A stretch of DNA of 64,000 nucleotides from the human T2T-CHM13v2.0 reference genome, Homo sapiens, in the NCBI RefSeq assembly GCF_009914755.1, contig NC_060937.1, one strand, 5' to 3'. Within the stretch, counting starts at the first letter, position 1. Each line of letters begins with the position of its first letter. The notes below the pieces were generated by a model that worked only from the letters and a program-made list of their open reading frames with translations, did not search any database and had not been told where the DNA came from. Below are positions 34,685 to 51,930 of the stretch, piece by piece. A program made the position numbers and the translations under genes.

Positions 34685-36834
34685 TATTAAAGAGAGAAAA
34701 GGTGGATAATCAATGACCTAAACATCCATCACAAGAAGTTAGAAAAAGAATAGACTATCAAACTCAAAAACAGTACCATGAAGGAAATAATAGAAATAAG
34801 AGTAGAAATTAATGAAAGAGAAACAAATTAATGGTAGTGATCACTAAACCAAAAGTTGAATTTGTTACAATACTAAAAAAAATCATAAATCCATGGCAAG
34901 TTCAATCAAGAAAGAGAGAGTGACTTTCTTTAAAGTGTTAAAAAAAAGAAGACTATAAAACCAGATGGCTTTGCTGATGAATTCCACTGAACATTTAAAG
35001 AAAAAATTGCATGGATTCAATGCAAATTCTTGAAGAGAAAACAGATGAAGAGGAAATACATCCCAGTACATTTTGTGAAACCAGAATAACCTTGATAATA
35101 AAACAAGAAAAGGTTGTAGCAAGAAAGAAAATTAAAAGGCAGTCTCATTCATGAGATTGTCTCTAATACATAGATACAAAACTTTAAATAAAATATTAGA
35201 AAATTGAATTTAATGATATAGAAAAAAGATGATTTACCATGGTCAAATTGGGTTTATTGAAGAACTGTAAGGTTGGTTAATATTCAAATGTCTGTCAGTT
35301 CATTCACATATTAACTATATTCACAGAATCTCAAAAACATGATCTCAGATGTACGAAAAGCATTTGTTAAAGTTCTACATTTATTCATGAGAAAAACTCC
35401 TGGCAAAACTACAAATAGAAAAGAACATCCTTAGTTTGACAAAAGGCACCTTGAAAAAAAAAACACCCTATGAGCACCATATTTAATATAAAATATGTAA
35501 ACATCATATTTAATAGTTAATTTGAAAGTGTTCTCTCTGAGATTAAAATGGCCAAGGAAGCTTACTGTCACCACCTCTATCAACATCATACTGGAGATCC
35601 TAGCCAATGCAGTAGGAAAGAAGGGATTATAAAGAATAATAAAACATAAATAAAACTCATTGCTCACAGGTGACACAATTGTGTGTGTAGGAAATTCCAA
35701 CAAGTCTTTAGATAAAGTGTTGGAATTAATCAGTGAATTTAGCCTGGTTGCCATATGAAAGGTCAAAATTAAAAATCAATTATATTTCAGTACAGCAACG
35801 ATGGGGAGCTGGAAAAATAAATTTTTAATTATGCCACTTATAATGGCATTTTAAAATTAGGAATTAACATTGGAATTAACATTAAACACTCAGGAATAAA
35901 CCTAACAAAAATGTGCAAGGCCTCATACATAGAAATATATAAGGCATTAGTGAGAAAAATTAAACATCTAATAAATGGAAGAATATACCATGCTATTGAA
36001 TAGGAAGATTCACTATTGTAAAGAAGTCAGTTCTCCTCCAGAATGATTTATGGAGACAATGCAATTCCAGTCAAAATCCGGGCAGGATATTTGTGACAAC
36101 TGAAAGTTCCTTTCAAGACCAGAAATAGCTAAGATAACTTTGAACACTATAATCAAAGTGAGAGGATTGACTTCAGCAGAAACCAATACTTACTATAAAC
36201 GTATGGTCATTAAAACACTGAACTACTGACCAAGAATAAGTATATATACCAATGGAGTAGAATAGGGAGGCCAGAAAATTACCCATGTATTATGTATATG
36301 CATACATGGTTTATTTCAAAGATGGCACTGCAGAGCTATGAGAAAAATGGTTTTTTTCCAATAAGTAATTTGGGGTCAATTGGATAGCCTTACTAAAGGA
36401 AAGAAAGAAAAAGAAATTTGATCCTTTCCTCACACTTTACAAAAATTCATTGCAGATGGATTGTAGATCTAAATGTAACAGCTAAAATAATAGTCTCTAG
36501 AAAAGAATCCAGAAGAATATCTTCATCCCTGGGGTTACAGTAAGATTTCTTGAGCAGAATGCAAAAATTACTAACCCTGAGGAAGAGCTGTTAACTTTTA
36601 TTCACCAAAAGACACCATTAAGAGTGTGAACAGGCTAGCCATAAAGTGAGAGATGTCTATAACACACAGTCAGCAGAGGGTTCTTATCTAGAATATATAA
36701 AGGACCCCTACAAATAAATAAGATAAATACAGACTGAATAGAAAAATGAGCAAGAAACTTAAGCAGTTCACCGAAGAGGTTATCTAACTGACCAGTAAAC
36801 ATAAGAAAACATTCTCAAGCTCATTAATAATCAT

Positions 36835-37203
36835 GTATCTTAGTCCATTCAGGCAGCTATAACAAAATATCATAGACTAGTGGCTTATCAACAACAGAAA
36901 TTTATTTCTCACAGTTTTGGAGGCCAAGAATTCCAAGGTTAAGGTGCTGGCAGATTTATGTCTGGTGAGGGCCTTTTTCCTGGTTCACAGGCAGCAGTCT
37001 TTTTGCTGTGTCCTCACTTGACATAAGAGACAAGGGAACTCTCTGGGGTCTTTCTTATGAGAGCACTAATCTCATTCACAGGGCTCCCCACCTCATGACC
37101 TAATCACCTCCTAAAGGCCCCACCTCCAAATACCACCACCTTGGGGGTTAAGATTTAAATATGAATTGGAGGTTGCGGGGATACAAACATTCAGTCTATA
37201 GCA
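36835..37203 (-). mobile_element. MaLR LTR (MLT1A-like) inserted in L1
   Basis: tgtatcttagtccattcaggcagctataacaaa...acaaacattcagtctatagca; the L1 resumes immediately after. Confidence 0.85.
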
Positions 37204-37513
37204 TGAGGGAAATGCAAATAAAAGCCACAGGAGACAAAATTATATACCATATAATTCCATTTATATAGACCTCAAAAACTGCCCATACTAACAAGTAGTG
37301 CTAGAAGTCAAGATAGTGGTTTCTCCTGGGTAGGAAAGACAGGCTGGTGTTTAAGAGAGTGCCCAGGGGAGGGTTCAGTGGTGCTGGTAATATTCTGGTT
37401 TTTGACCTGGTGGTGATCATAGGAGGGTGTTAAAATGACTCATGATATACATAGGAACTGTATACTATTTCTGTGTATTTTATACCTCAATATAAGTTTC
37501 TAAAGTACAATAA

Positions 37514-37786
<273 letters not shown>

Positions 37787-37992
37787 ATGTTATTTTAAGT
37801 CATTTGCAATAATATCGTCAGCTTTTATCTGCTGCTAATTACTTAAAGCGAGTTGGGGGAAACTAGGTTGAAGATGTTTGACCATCCAGTTAGAATATCA
37901 CTCCCACCTAGGCCCAAACCCTGTAAGTAAAAAAACATGAAGAAGCCAGAATCTTGCCTTTTCCACCTGGTTTCAACTGACAAGAAGAGTGA

Positions 37993-38326
<334 letters not shown>

Positions 38327-38573
38327 AGAATGTTACTTTCTGAGAAGAAAGTAACATATGTAACCTCTAGGCACCAGGCTTCTCCTGGACAAATGTGCAT
38401 ATTCACTGACCATCTAGTATTTGAGAGTAGCTTCAGGCATCATCGATTCAGCATCCTATTAATTCTATCTAGTATGATTTTTTAATTAAAAAACTTTGAT
38501 TAAAAAGAGTCTACTGAGACTGTATTTCTTTTTGAAAGATAGGCCACTAAGCTTCACAAAGTATATTTAGTAA

Positions 38574-38708
<135 letters not shown>

Positions 38709-38864
38709 TGAGTGGCCACTCTGCATGCACGGTGGTAACATCAAATGATCCCCCACAATACTCTGAGCTAATACATAGAGGATACCCTTTTGTATATTGG
38801 ATTTTTTAAACCAAATACGTGTATTTTTCAGAAATATTTTAAATGCAAAAAAAATTGCCAATAA

Positions 38865-39193
<329 letters not shown>

Positions 39194-39408
39194 TGAGAAT
39201 AGATGGACCCTATGTAACAGACTTACATGATCAAATTTAATGTATACATTTCAGTTTTCAGTTACGACATTATACTCTTGAAGAATATATGACATAAAAA
39301 CCAAAATGAAAGCTCGGTCTTCCCTTTCATTTTACTCAGTTTATATTGACTAAGCTTTATCTGTATCTTTCTCTAGAACATTCTTTCATCAAATGGGAAT
39401 AATATTGA

Positions 39409-39594
<186 letters not shown>

Positions 39595-41848
39595 TAAGCA
39601 GTGATGAGTGGCAAGTATGTTTAGGGTTACTTTTTGTGATATGAATGACGGAGAGCTGTTTTGCAACTATATGAGCAAAGTAAGTTCTATGAGAATATAA
39701 AATGTTCTGTATGTCCCCAGCAGGTAAACTACTCCCTGTAAGGTTGCAGTTCCATTGGTTTTTCTCATTTTATCAGGAAATGATTTGTTGTTATAGTACC
39801 TTTCTTTTTAATTGCCTGGAAATTCACAGTCAGGTATTACAGCAGGATTTGAAAATGACAAAGAAGATACATTATAGGAATTAAAGGAATGTCTAGAAAT
39901 GTTTATAACGAGGGTGAACTATAGCCCATCAGCCATCTTTACAGAAGACCAAACCCAGGAAGTGGCCTAAAATTTTTAAACTCACTTTACCCAAAACTTC
40001 AGAAAGGAAAAAAAGAAAAGAAAATGTGATACCAAAGGTTCTATAGATTACACTTTTAAAACCATTGCCTTTGTTATATAAATTAGTTATTCAGTGTAGC
40101 CATTCAGCATGATTTATGTGCTGAAATAAGTTCATAGCTACCAAGAAAGGGTTAATAAAGATTCTCCAAGTTGCATAAGCTATTCCCAAGAAAGAGCTTA
40201 TGTATCAGAAAAATTGAGGGAAACCAGCTCGTTTATTTTTGAAAATATTCATATAGAGTGTCAATTTTCCTTTTTAATTAAATGTTGCACTTTAAATAGC
40301 TATCTTGAGCTACCAGATCAAGAGAATAAAAGTGAATTAGTTTTAAATTCCAATCTCTTAGAGGTCTAAGTTAGTAAAAGCGGTATTTTGGAAGACGTCT
40401 ACTTTCAATAAACCTAAAATGAACATGCTATTTAGAGAGACAAGTTTCTCCTTAAAATTTTTATCTTTCTTTTATAAAGATAGTAGATAACATTTCATAT
40501 CTAAAGGTTTCAGCAGTAGAGTTTTTATTATAGATTTTAATATGCATAAAAGTTAGAGCAAATGAATATAACCTAAACTGCCTGATTTTCCATCAAGTTT
40601 TATTTCCTGTTATAAGCATTACTAAAAAATATACTTTAGGACATTACCAAAGGAACATTGTTACAAAAATCTCTTTGTCCAGAGTGCTTTTTTTTAAATT
40701 TTCAGATATTTCAACATTCTAAAAATAAAGTTTTGTTCACATGACCCTTTGATTTTAAAAAATATATTTAGAATCTATGGCTTGGGCTTCTTTCTTTGAC
40801 AAAAATAAGTTTCACCTCTTCGCTGCCCTTCTCCCAGTGAACTTGGCTTGAGCTATCCTAATCAAATTTATTGCATTGCATGGACATCTCACAAAACATT
40901 ACACTGCATTTCTCTGAATAAATCTAGGTATTTTTCCTTAGGGAGCACAAATAAGTGCTTAATAAATTTAACAACATAGTCTCAATTTCAATAATATCTC
41001 TAGTCACAAAAATATTAGGTCATAAAACCTGCTATGTTCCAAGTATTTTTTTAAGGCATCATTGTACACTATCTTGGTTTCTTAGACAAATATTGCATAT
41101 CTGTTTGCATTCATGACACTCATCTATTCTGAAGGAAGGGCAGAGGGCAGGAGAATACAATAGCTTGAACCCAACTGTCCAGATAGTGACCAGCATTTCT
41201 GCCATTTCTCAACACAGGGCATGTTCAGAATTTAAAATTTCAGCTGTTGCCTAAATTTGCTCTTTCCACATAAATTCTCAGCCTGTGTAGTCTAGACAGG
41301 CCTCCAGAGAGGCTTGAGCAGTCATTGTGCTTGAGTTTGCAGTACTTTTTTACAAAACCAATTGTGATATTTTCAGCTCTTGCTTGATTTGTCTTCTGTA
41401 AGTTTGCTTCTAAAAAGCAACTGAAGACCTTATGAAATATGTTTCTGAAAAGTCATATGCAAACTGAATTTTATTTTAAGTTTCTCAAACAAGTTATCTA
41501 CACAGTAACTCCTACAAGTCATTTTCTAAAGCAAAGAATTCTTGTAAGATAAATAATGATCTCCTCCTTTTCAAATAGGAATGATTATATCCTGGATTTA
41601 TTTGTAGAGGAATATGACAGTTTATAAGTACATTTATTTATTAAGAAACCACTCATAATTGACTTTAAAATACCTAAAGGATTAAATTTTTTTAAATGTT
41701 CTTGTTGATTTAAATTTTCTACTTTAGCTTTAGAAAAGAGGATTTGCCATTTTTGCATAATTAATGTATCAGTGTTCATTAGCTGTGGCAATGGGGAAAA
41801 TGGTTCTCTACATCCTTCTTTTTGGTTACTTTTCCAGCAGTAAAGGAC

Positions 41849-41890
41849 TGTGTGTGAGTGTGAGAGTGTGTGTGTGTGTGTGCATGTGTT
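41849..41890. repeat. Imperfect (TG)n
   Basis: tgtgtgtgagtgtgagagtgtgtgtgtgtgtgtgcatgtg. Confidence 0.9.
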
Positions 41891-42759
41891 GTGAACTTAC
41901 TGTTCTCTAGTCAAAACTCTACAGCTATGCCATGCTATGACTCTGGTGATATTAGGAGATAGAAAGTCAGAACAGAACTTGAATAGGACCAAAGGAAATG
42001 AGGATAAAGATAGAAAGTGATGGTAGAACTGGCAGTATTAATTTTGCAAAATTTTTCATAAAACATGTTAATATATTTGATTAAATGCTATTAGATACAG
42101 CTCACTACTATAATTTAGTACAAAAAATTGCTTACTTGTTAGGCAGCTTTAGTTCAAATAACTATTTGGCTTCTGTGTGTGTCCTAATTAATTTTCCCCC
42201 ACTCCAAATGAGATTAGAATAAGATAGATAAGGAAATTGAGAAAGAAACTAAATGACTTTCCAAGGTTATAAATCAAGGTAAATTGTGTATTAAGAATAT
42301 AGGCCATTTCCAATCACTAGCTTAACGCACCAGAATTCTCCTCACATTTTAATTAAATACTTAAGAATTTCATTATTTTTACTTTTACCTTCCAACACAC
42401 TTTTAAAACGTGTTTAATAGATATTTTAGAATTGTATGTAAGAACAAAGTGCAAAGTGTTGATTTTTAAATAATTTTGTTGGATTTATTTTCGGTGGTGG
42501 TTTTTGTTGGCATTGTTTGTATGTTTGTTTTTCTTTAAGTTAACATTCTGTAAATCTTCCTAATTTAAGTCAGGCCTAGCAAACTTGAATTCTTAAAAGT
42601 GAATGCCTATTTCTTCAGGGAATATTATCCATCTATCAACAAGGAAGACAGGCAAAGCTTATGATTCATAAATCCCAATCACACTCCCTAACTGATGATA
42701 AATAGCCCTATTTGGTTATGTGAGCCATCCATCTGGAGTATTTCAGGAGAGCAGAGTTG

Positions 42760-42965
42760 GGAATCTGGGCTCCAGAAACATACCATCTTGGGTTCAAATC
42801 CTCACTCCACCTCTAATCAAGCAGCTGTGTGTTCTTGAACAAGTTACTGCAGTTGCCTACCCACTAGTAAAATAGGGCTGATGATAGGGTTAGAGTAATG
42901 ATTAAACAAAAACAACCTCTTGGCCTAAGGCCTAACAAATGGTAAATACCCCATAAATAATGTTA
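42760..42965 (+). mobile_element. MIR
   Basis: tgggttcaaatcctcactccacc...gctgtgtgttcttgaacaagttac. Confidence 0.65.
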
Positions 42966-44129
42966 TTCAATAGTTGTTGGAGGAGAACAGCTGTGAAGTA
43001 ATCCCCTCAATTAACCAGTAAAATCTTTCTCTTCAGAATACCTCAGAGCCATCTTGAGCTTTGTCACATAGTACTAGGTAAGCCAGAGTAGCGGACATTT
43101 CCCAAATTCTTCAACATCTCCTCTCTTCTAGATAGTTTTATTTCTTGTTTACTTTTTGAGTCTCAACTACCTCCCATATTTATTTTATCATTTGATTTTT
43201 ATTTGGTATGATCACAGCTGTCTTTATCTTTTACCCTTGCTCTGCCTATGCTGAATAATTAAATATTGAAAGGTATAAGATTCCATTTCTCAGCCTGTTT
43301 TCAACATCTAAGTACAGATACTTTATTTGTACTCTTTTGCTTATTTGAAATCTCTCTCATTGTTTCCTCCTCTGGGTTTCTTTCATTTTCTGGATCTGTT
43401 ATTCCTTTCAGTGTTGTTGCTTATGAATTTAATAGCTCATTCTTCAACAACAAAATAAATGCTCTGATTACAAGGTCAAGTGCATGGCCCTGCCTAGTAA
43501 GAGGGAGGCTTTGTCTGCCCCTTTCCTGCCTTTAAATCTCCAGCGATCCAGCAATATATTTGGCTCATATATATGTATATTTGTATATATATAAATGTAT
43601 TAGTGTTAGATTCCAGTGTCAGAAGACAGAGACATAGGTAAAGCATCTCTGCTACTATAACACTCAGAAGGGAGTTTCCTTTCTACTTTTATAGGCAGAA
43701 AGGTCTGTTCCAAGATACAGCAATTTGTAACAATTCCAAACTTCACTGGCTATGAAATGCACTATCGTGGGCTGTCTAGGAGACTGAGAGCATTGTAGGT
43801 AAGAGCTTGAATTCTTTGAAGTCAGACTTATCTAGAAGTCTGGGCTCCACCACTTCTACATGACCTGAAGCAAGTACTTTTCTCTAGGCTTTGCATGCTT
43901 GTTGTGAAGATTAAATAACAAATCTAAGTAAAGGTCTTGGCACAGTACCTGGCACAAAGTAAGCACATAATAACATCAGTGTCACCCATCATTCAACATC
44001 ATTCTTGCACTCATCATCATCACCACCATCATCTGGCGGTAGTTCCCCAGTTTTTCATCAGACCCACCAAACTTAGACTGTGTTTATTTAAAAATACAAG
44101 TTACAGAAAAATAAACATTTTGGAGTAAA

Positions 44130-44860
44130 AATTAATAAACCTATTTTGGATGGCAATATATCAGTATGTACCAAAATTTTAAGTGTGCCCTTTGACCCTG
44201 CATGACCTCTCTATGAATTTTTTCTAAAGAAAGGCCAGCACATTTGGTGTTTGTGGCACTATAATAATGAAAAAGTGAAAACAGTCTAAATATCTATCAA
44301 TGCGTGTCAAAAGTTGGATTTCCCAGGAAATAGACTGAGATGGATATTTGAATGCAGGACATTTATTAGGGTGGGCCCTTGGGGTCAACATCTATGGAGA
44401 AATGAAGGAATTAGGACTGGGAAGAGAAAAGAAACCTCAGTCATTCCCACTGGGGCTGCTGCTGGGGAACAGATATGACCTTGACCTAGGCAAACCTCTG
44501 GCTGAAGGCAGTTCCCAGAGAAGGCTTCAGATCAAGGATTCAGCTGGAGGATTGAGTGCCTCCATCCTGAAAGAAGGATCTAGGTGGCACACCACAGTAC
44601 GCATTACAAGAGTAGTTGTTTATGATATGTTCCTAGAATGGAATATGTGGCAGCTATTAGGAAGACTGAAGTGAGCCTTATAGTTCAGTGAAAAAGCAGA
44701 TCATCAAGCAGTACAGACAGGTGGTGTAATCACATTTATGTTTAAAACCCTGTGCATTGAAGGAGTATTTTGATGCAAATGTCTGTATATAGACTTGGAA
44801 GACAGCTGAAATATCAAAATGTTGACAGTAATTGCCTCTTGGATAAGATTAACAATTGGG
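44130..44860 (+). mobile_element. Old L1ME-like 3' relic with an LTR-like insert (about 44305-44600)
   Basis: ttttggatggcaatat...cctttgaccctgca...aacagtctaaatatctatcaat; boundaries approximate. Confidence 0.45.
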
Positions 44861-45137
44861 AGAATGAAAGGACATGAGATACTTCTACATTTTATTCTAT
44901 TCACCTACCTGCAAGCAACACCAACTTGCAGCCCTGTGAGTGAACCATCTTCAGGGCGGACCCTGTAGCCCTATGTGTTGCTTGAATCTTTTAGAAGAAA
45001 AATATATTCATGTCATAAAAATTAATATTTGAGTAATGTTAAAAGTAGAAAAACTTTTTCATGTGTATAATTTCTCACTGAACTTAATGTAAAATGGGAT
45101 GTATTCATAGTAGGACATGCCTTTCTAGAAAGGTGAT

Positions 45138-45542
45138 TGTCTCATTCTGTTTTCTGTTGCCTATAACAGAATGCCTGGAACTGGATAATTTATAGAGAAA
45201 GCAATTTATTCCTTGCAGTTATAGAGACTAAGTCCACAGTCAAGGGGCCTCATCTGGTGAGGGCCTTCTTGCTGATGGGGACTCTCTACAGAGTCCTGAG
45301 ATGGCTCAGGGCTTCACATGGCAGGAGAGTTGAACATGCTAGCTTCTCTTCCTCCTCTTATAAAGCTACTGGCCCCACTCCTATGATATGTATCAATCCA
45401 TTAATCCATGAATAGATTAATCCATTCATGAGGGCAGTCTCATGACCCAGTCACTACTTAAAGGCCCCCGTTCTCAATACTGCCACAATGGGGATTAAAT
45501 TTCAGCATGAGTTCTGGTGGGGCAAACATTCAAACCAAAGCA
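45138..45542 (-). mobile_element. MaLR LTR (MST-like)
   Basis: tgtctcattctgttttctgttgcctataacagaat...caaacattcaaaccaaagca; 5-bp TSD gtgat. Confidence 0.85.
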
Positions 45543-45721
45543 GTGATTGTTCTAAAACAGAACTTCTTAGATAATGTAATTATGTAGAATCAAAAAAAAG
45601 ATTCCCAAGGAAAAACAACTAATATGTTTTTTCACCTTCAAACTATCTTTTTCTTCCTGAAGTTTGTTTGAAAATAAATAGCAGTAACTCACCTTCTACA
45701 TATAAACCGTTTAATAGTTCA

Positions 45722-45882
<161 letters not shown>

Positions 45883-46089
45883 GAGAGAGAAGAAAAAGTT
45901 CAACTCACCAGGAGTTTTCTACTTACGACTTCTTTTCCACTATAATCTAAGAAAATACATATGGTGAAAAGATAACATCTTTAAATAGAATTACATAGCA
46001 AGAAAAAAATGGATTTAATCTCTCTATTCTATATGGTTATACTGCCAATTGCCACATAATCTATTCTGTGTTCCTCTCCCCCCATCCCA

Positions 46090-46835
46090 CACATGCTGTC
46101 AGTTACCAAATCCTGATGATTTTATCTCCTTAGTGTTCCTCAGATCTCTCCCTTCCTTCTGTCTCTACTGTTTCTGCCCTAATTCCAGCCCTCATCAGTT
46201 CCCATTTGCATTCTTGTAATAGCTTCCACTCTTGGCCCCATACAATCCATTCTCCACACAGCAGCCAGAGTGATTCTTCAAAAGTGAATGCCGTGGCCCC
46301 CCTCCCCAGGGCAAATCCTGTAGTGCTTCTCTGAAACTTTAGGGTGAAGTCCATAGGCTGGTCATCTTCTGAACCCACCTACTGGCCTAGCCTCGCTTCC
46401 TTCTGTTCCTCTACTTATTTTATTCAGTCTACTACACAAAGATTCTTCCCTTTTACAATAGATATCTTGCTGTTTCATTCTTGTAATCTTTCAAAATGCT
46501 GTCCTCTCTATCTGGAACACTCCTGTACTACCCCTTCCGTGACCTGGCTAATGTCACCTGGTGCTTCAAGACCCATTTTACTTGTTTCCTCTTCAGAAAA
46601 GACTTCTCTACCCCCCATCTAATGTAGGTGTCCCTCATCAGGATTCTCGTAGCATGCTGTGGATGTTCCAACAACACTCATCAGAACTAGACTGTACAGG
46701 TTGTCTCCATGACTAAACTGTAAGCCCTCCTTAAGGACTGGGACCAGCCTTGCTATCTTTGTATCATTGGTACTTTGTATGTTGTTCCTGATAGTTGTTT
46801 GGCACTTAATAAATTTAGAAGAATCAAATGAAAAT
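46090..46835 (+). mobile_element. L2 LINE 3' relic
   Basis: caatccattctccacacagcagccagagtgat...ctaaactgtaagc...ggcacttaataaat L2 3'-end motifs. Confidence 0.65.
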
Positions 46836-46927
46836 ATTGATTTGGTGAGCTATTGAGAAATTTAGTACATGTATCCTTTTCTGTCTTTTTCACTTGTTGG
46901 TTTGCATTAAAGTCATTAAAGTCCGTT

Positions 46928-47025
46928 TGCATCAGATAGACTTTTGTGTTCTTTTATCCTGGTGTCCCAGTATTTATGCATCAGATAGACTTTTGTGTTC
47001 TTTTATCCTGGTGTCCCAGTATTTA
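46928..47025. repeat. Perfect 49-bp tandem duplication
   Basis: tgcatcagatagacttttgtgttcttttatcctggtgtcccagtattta x2. Confidence 0.95.
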
Positions 47026-47173
47026 ATTTTAAACCAAAATAAAGTCATTTTCCTTTATCTACTGATAAATAGCAAAAGAAGGAAGCAAAAAATGGCCAGA
47101 CGGGGGTAAGAATGTCACTAATAAGTGACCGAGGTCAGCATGCCAGCTAGAATTTTAAGAGGTAACAATCTAG

Positions 47174-47389
<216 letters not shown>

Positions 47390-47641
47390 TGATTACCTAA
47401 TAGCTGTTTATTGATAGGCCTTTGTTTATTTCTGCATATCATTTGTGGCTATGAAGAGTGAGAAAGTAACTATATAATCTTTTGTAAACATACTAATTAA
47501 ACTGATGTTTTACCTTTAATTCTATTTTTAAATGGGAATTAATTAATTTTGTTACTTCTAACCTTTGTTAAATACAAATGCTCATGAGATATCCAGCTAA
47601 TGCTTTTCATACTACTTTTTTACTTTCCTACATCTTTATAG

Positions 47642-47824
<183 letters not shown>

Positions 47825-47829
47825 TAGTC

Positions 47830-47902
47830 AATAATGACATATGTGATCATTTCTAATAATGACGTATGTGATCATTTCTAATAATGACATGTGATCATTT
47901 CT
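47830..47902. repeat. 25-bp minisatellite, 3 copies
   Basis: aataatgac(a/g)tatgtgatcatttct x2 plus a 23-bp third copy. Confidence 0.95.
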
Positions 47903-47952
47903 TTGCTCTAAGTAATTTTTCTTTTTAAATTCTAGTTTAATTTTAGAGTTAT

Positions 47953-48247
47953 GACCAGGCACGATGCCACGCATTCCTGTAATCCCAGCACTTTGGGAGG
48001 CCAAGGCAGGCAGATCACTTGAATCGGGAGTTTGAGACCAGCCTGGCCAACATGGTGAAACCCTGTCACTACTAAAAATACAAAAATTAGCCAGGTCTGG
48101 TGGTGTGTGCCTGTAATCCCAGCTACTTAGGAGGCTAGGCAGGAGAATCGCTTGAACCCAGGAGGCAGAGTTTGCAGTGAGCCGAGATTGCGCCACCGTA
48201 CCCCAACCTGGGCAACAGAGTGAGACAGTCTCAAAAAAAAAAAAAAA
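47953..48247 (+). mobile_element. Alu (AluS)
   Basis: Dimer with A tail; ttagagt repeated on both sides. Confidence 0.92.
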
Positions 48248-48642
48248 TCTTAGAGTGATAATTAGTGATGCTAAGTTTGTAGGTCAGAATTACTGTGGGC
48301 TAGATCCAGTTACATATGAAAGTAAATTCTATAATTGTTAAATGAAAAAAATTTCTTTATCTAAAGCAGTGTAGGCATAAACATACATATGACAAATGCA
48401 AGGTGCTTAGATTAATAATACTAACTTCTGCATACATTATATATATAAATTTCCCAAAGAAACTAATATCCCACAAAAGCTAAATATGAACAGTGTAATT
48501 TATAACACATATAATTGCTGCAAGTTGTTTGGTGGTTGTGATAGTGGTGGTGTTTTGTAGCTTGTATTTTGCTACATATGTAAGTTGTTGAAAGTTTGAA
48601 TTTTTGCATATTCTTTACAATCTTCATAAATAGTTTTTGTGA

Positions 48643-49226
<584 letters not shown>

Positions 49227-49289
49227 ATGTCCAGCACTTCTTAACTCAAACTTCTCTGCCCAGTTGTCCTAAAAATAGCTGATAACAGC

Positions 49290-49720
49290 CTACATTTAGT
49301 GAGTGGATAGTAGGTACCAGCCTCCATGCTAGGTACTTTATGTGCATTGCATTTATCACTTAATATTTATAAACCCTGGTATAGTACAGTGGTTAGAACA
49401 GAGGCTTTGGAGTCAGGCAACCTTTCACTAGTTGTTTGACTGTGGGCAAGTCACAGAACCTCTAAATTACATTCCTTATCTGTAATAGTAATGACTACCC
49501 CATAGGATGTGAAGATTAAAGTGATCTAATGAAAACCAAGCAGCTGGCCCAGTCCTGGCATGGAATTATCACAACTACCACCACCACCATCATCATTGTT
49601 TTACAGATGAGATGAGAAACTAAGGTTTAGAGATGTTAAATAATTTGCTCGAGACCATATAGCTAGGAAGCAACCAAGTCAGAATTAAATCTAGATCTGT
49701 CTTCCTCCAAAGCCATTGCT
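49290..49720. mobile_element. MIR pieces in both orientations
   Basis: Sense ggtatagtacagtggttagaacagaggctttggagtcag and antisense ttttacagatgag...aaactaaggtttagagatgttaa cores. Confidence 0.6.
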
Positions 49721-50089
49721 ATAAAATTAGAACTCAGCCAAGGGGCAGGGGAAAAAAAGCTCCTTTTCTAAACTTGCTTTCTACCTTTTCATTCAAGAAT
49801 CCTCTACTCCAGTCCTACTGAATCTTTGACCAACATTCCAGGTCCTCTTGTAAATCTTTGCTTCTGTACATGCTGTTGAATGGCCCTCACCCCTTCTTCC
49901 TAACTTCAACTTTCCAGAAGATCTAACTTAACATCCACCTCAACTGTGCAGACCTCTCCATATACCTGAGGCAGAGTTAGTCACTTCTTTGTGTAATACC
50001 AGAAACAGTGGAGAGACCCAATAAAAGCCTTTTTAGTAAATTAATTCTCTTCTTGCAAAACTAAAATTTATTTTTATGCACTTCACCCA

Positions 50090-51930
<1,841 letters not shown>

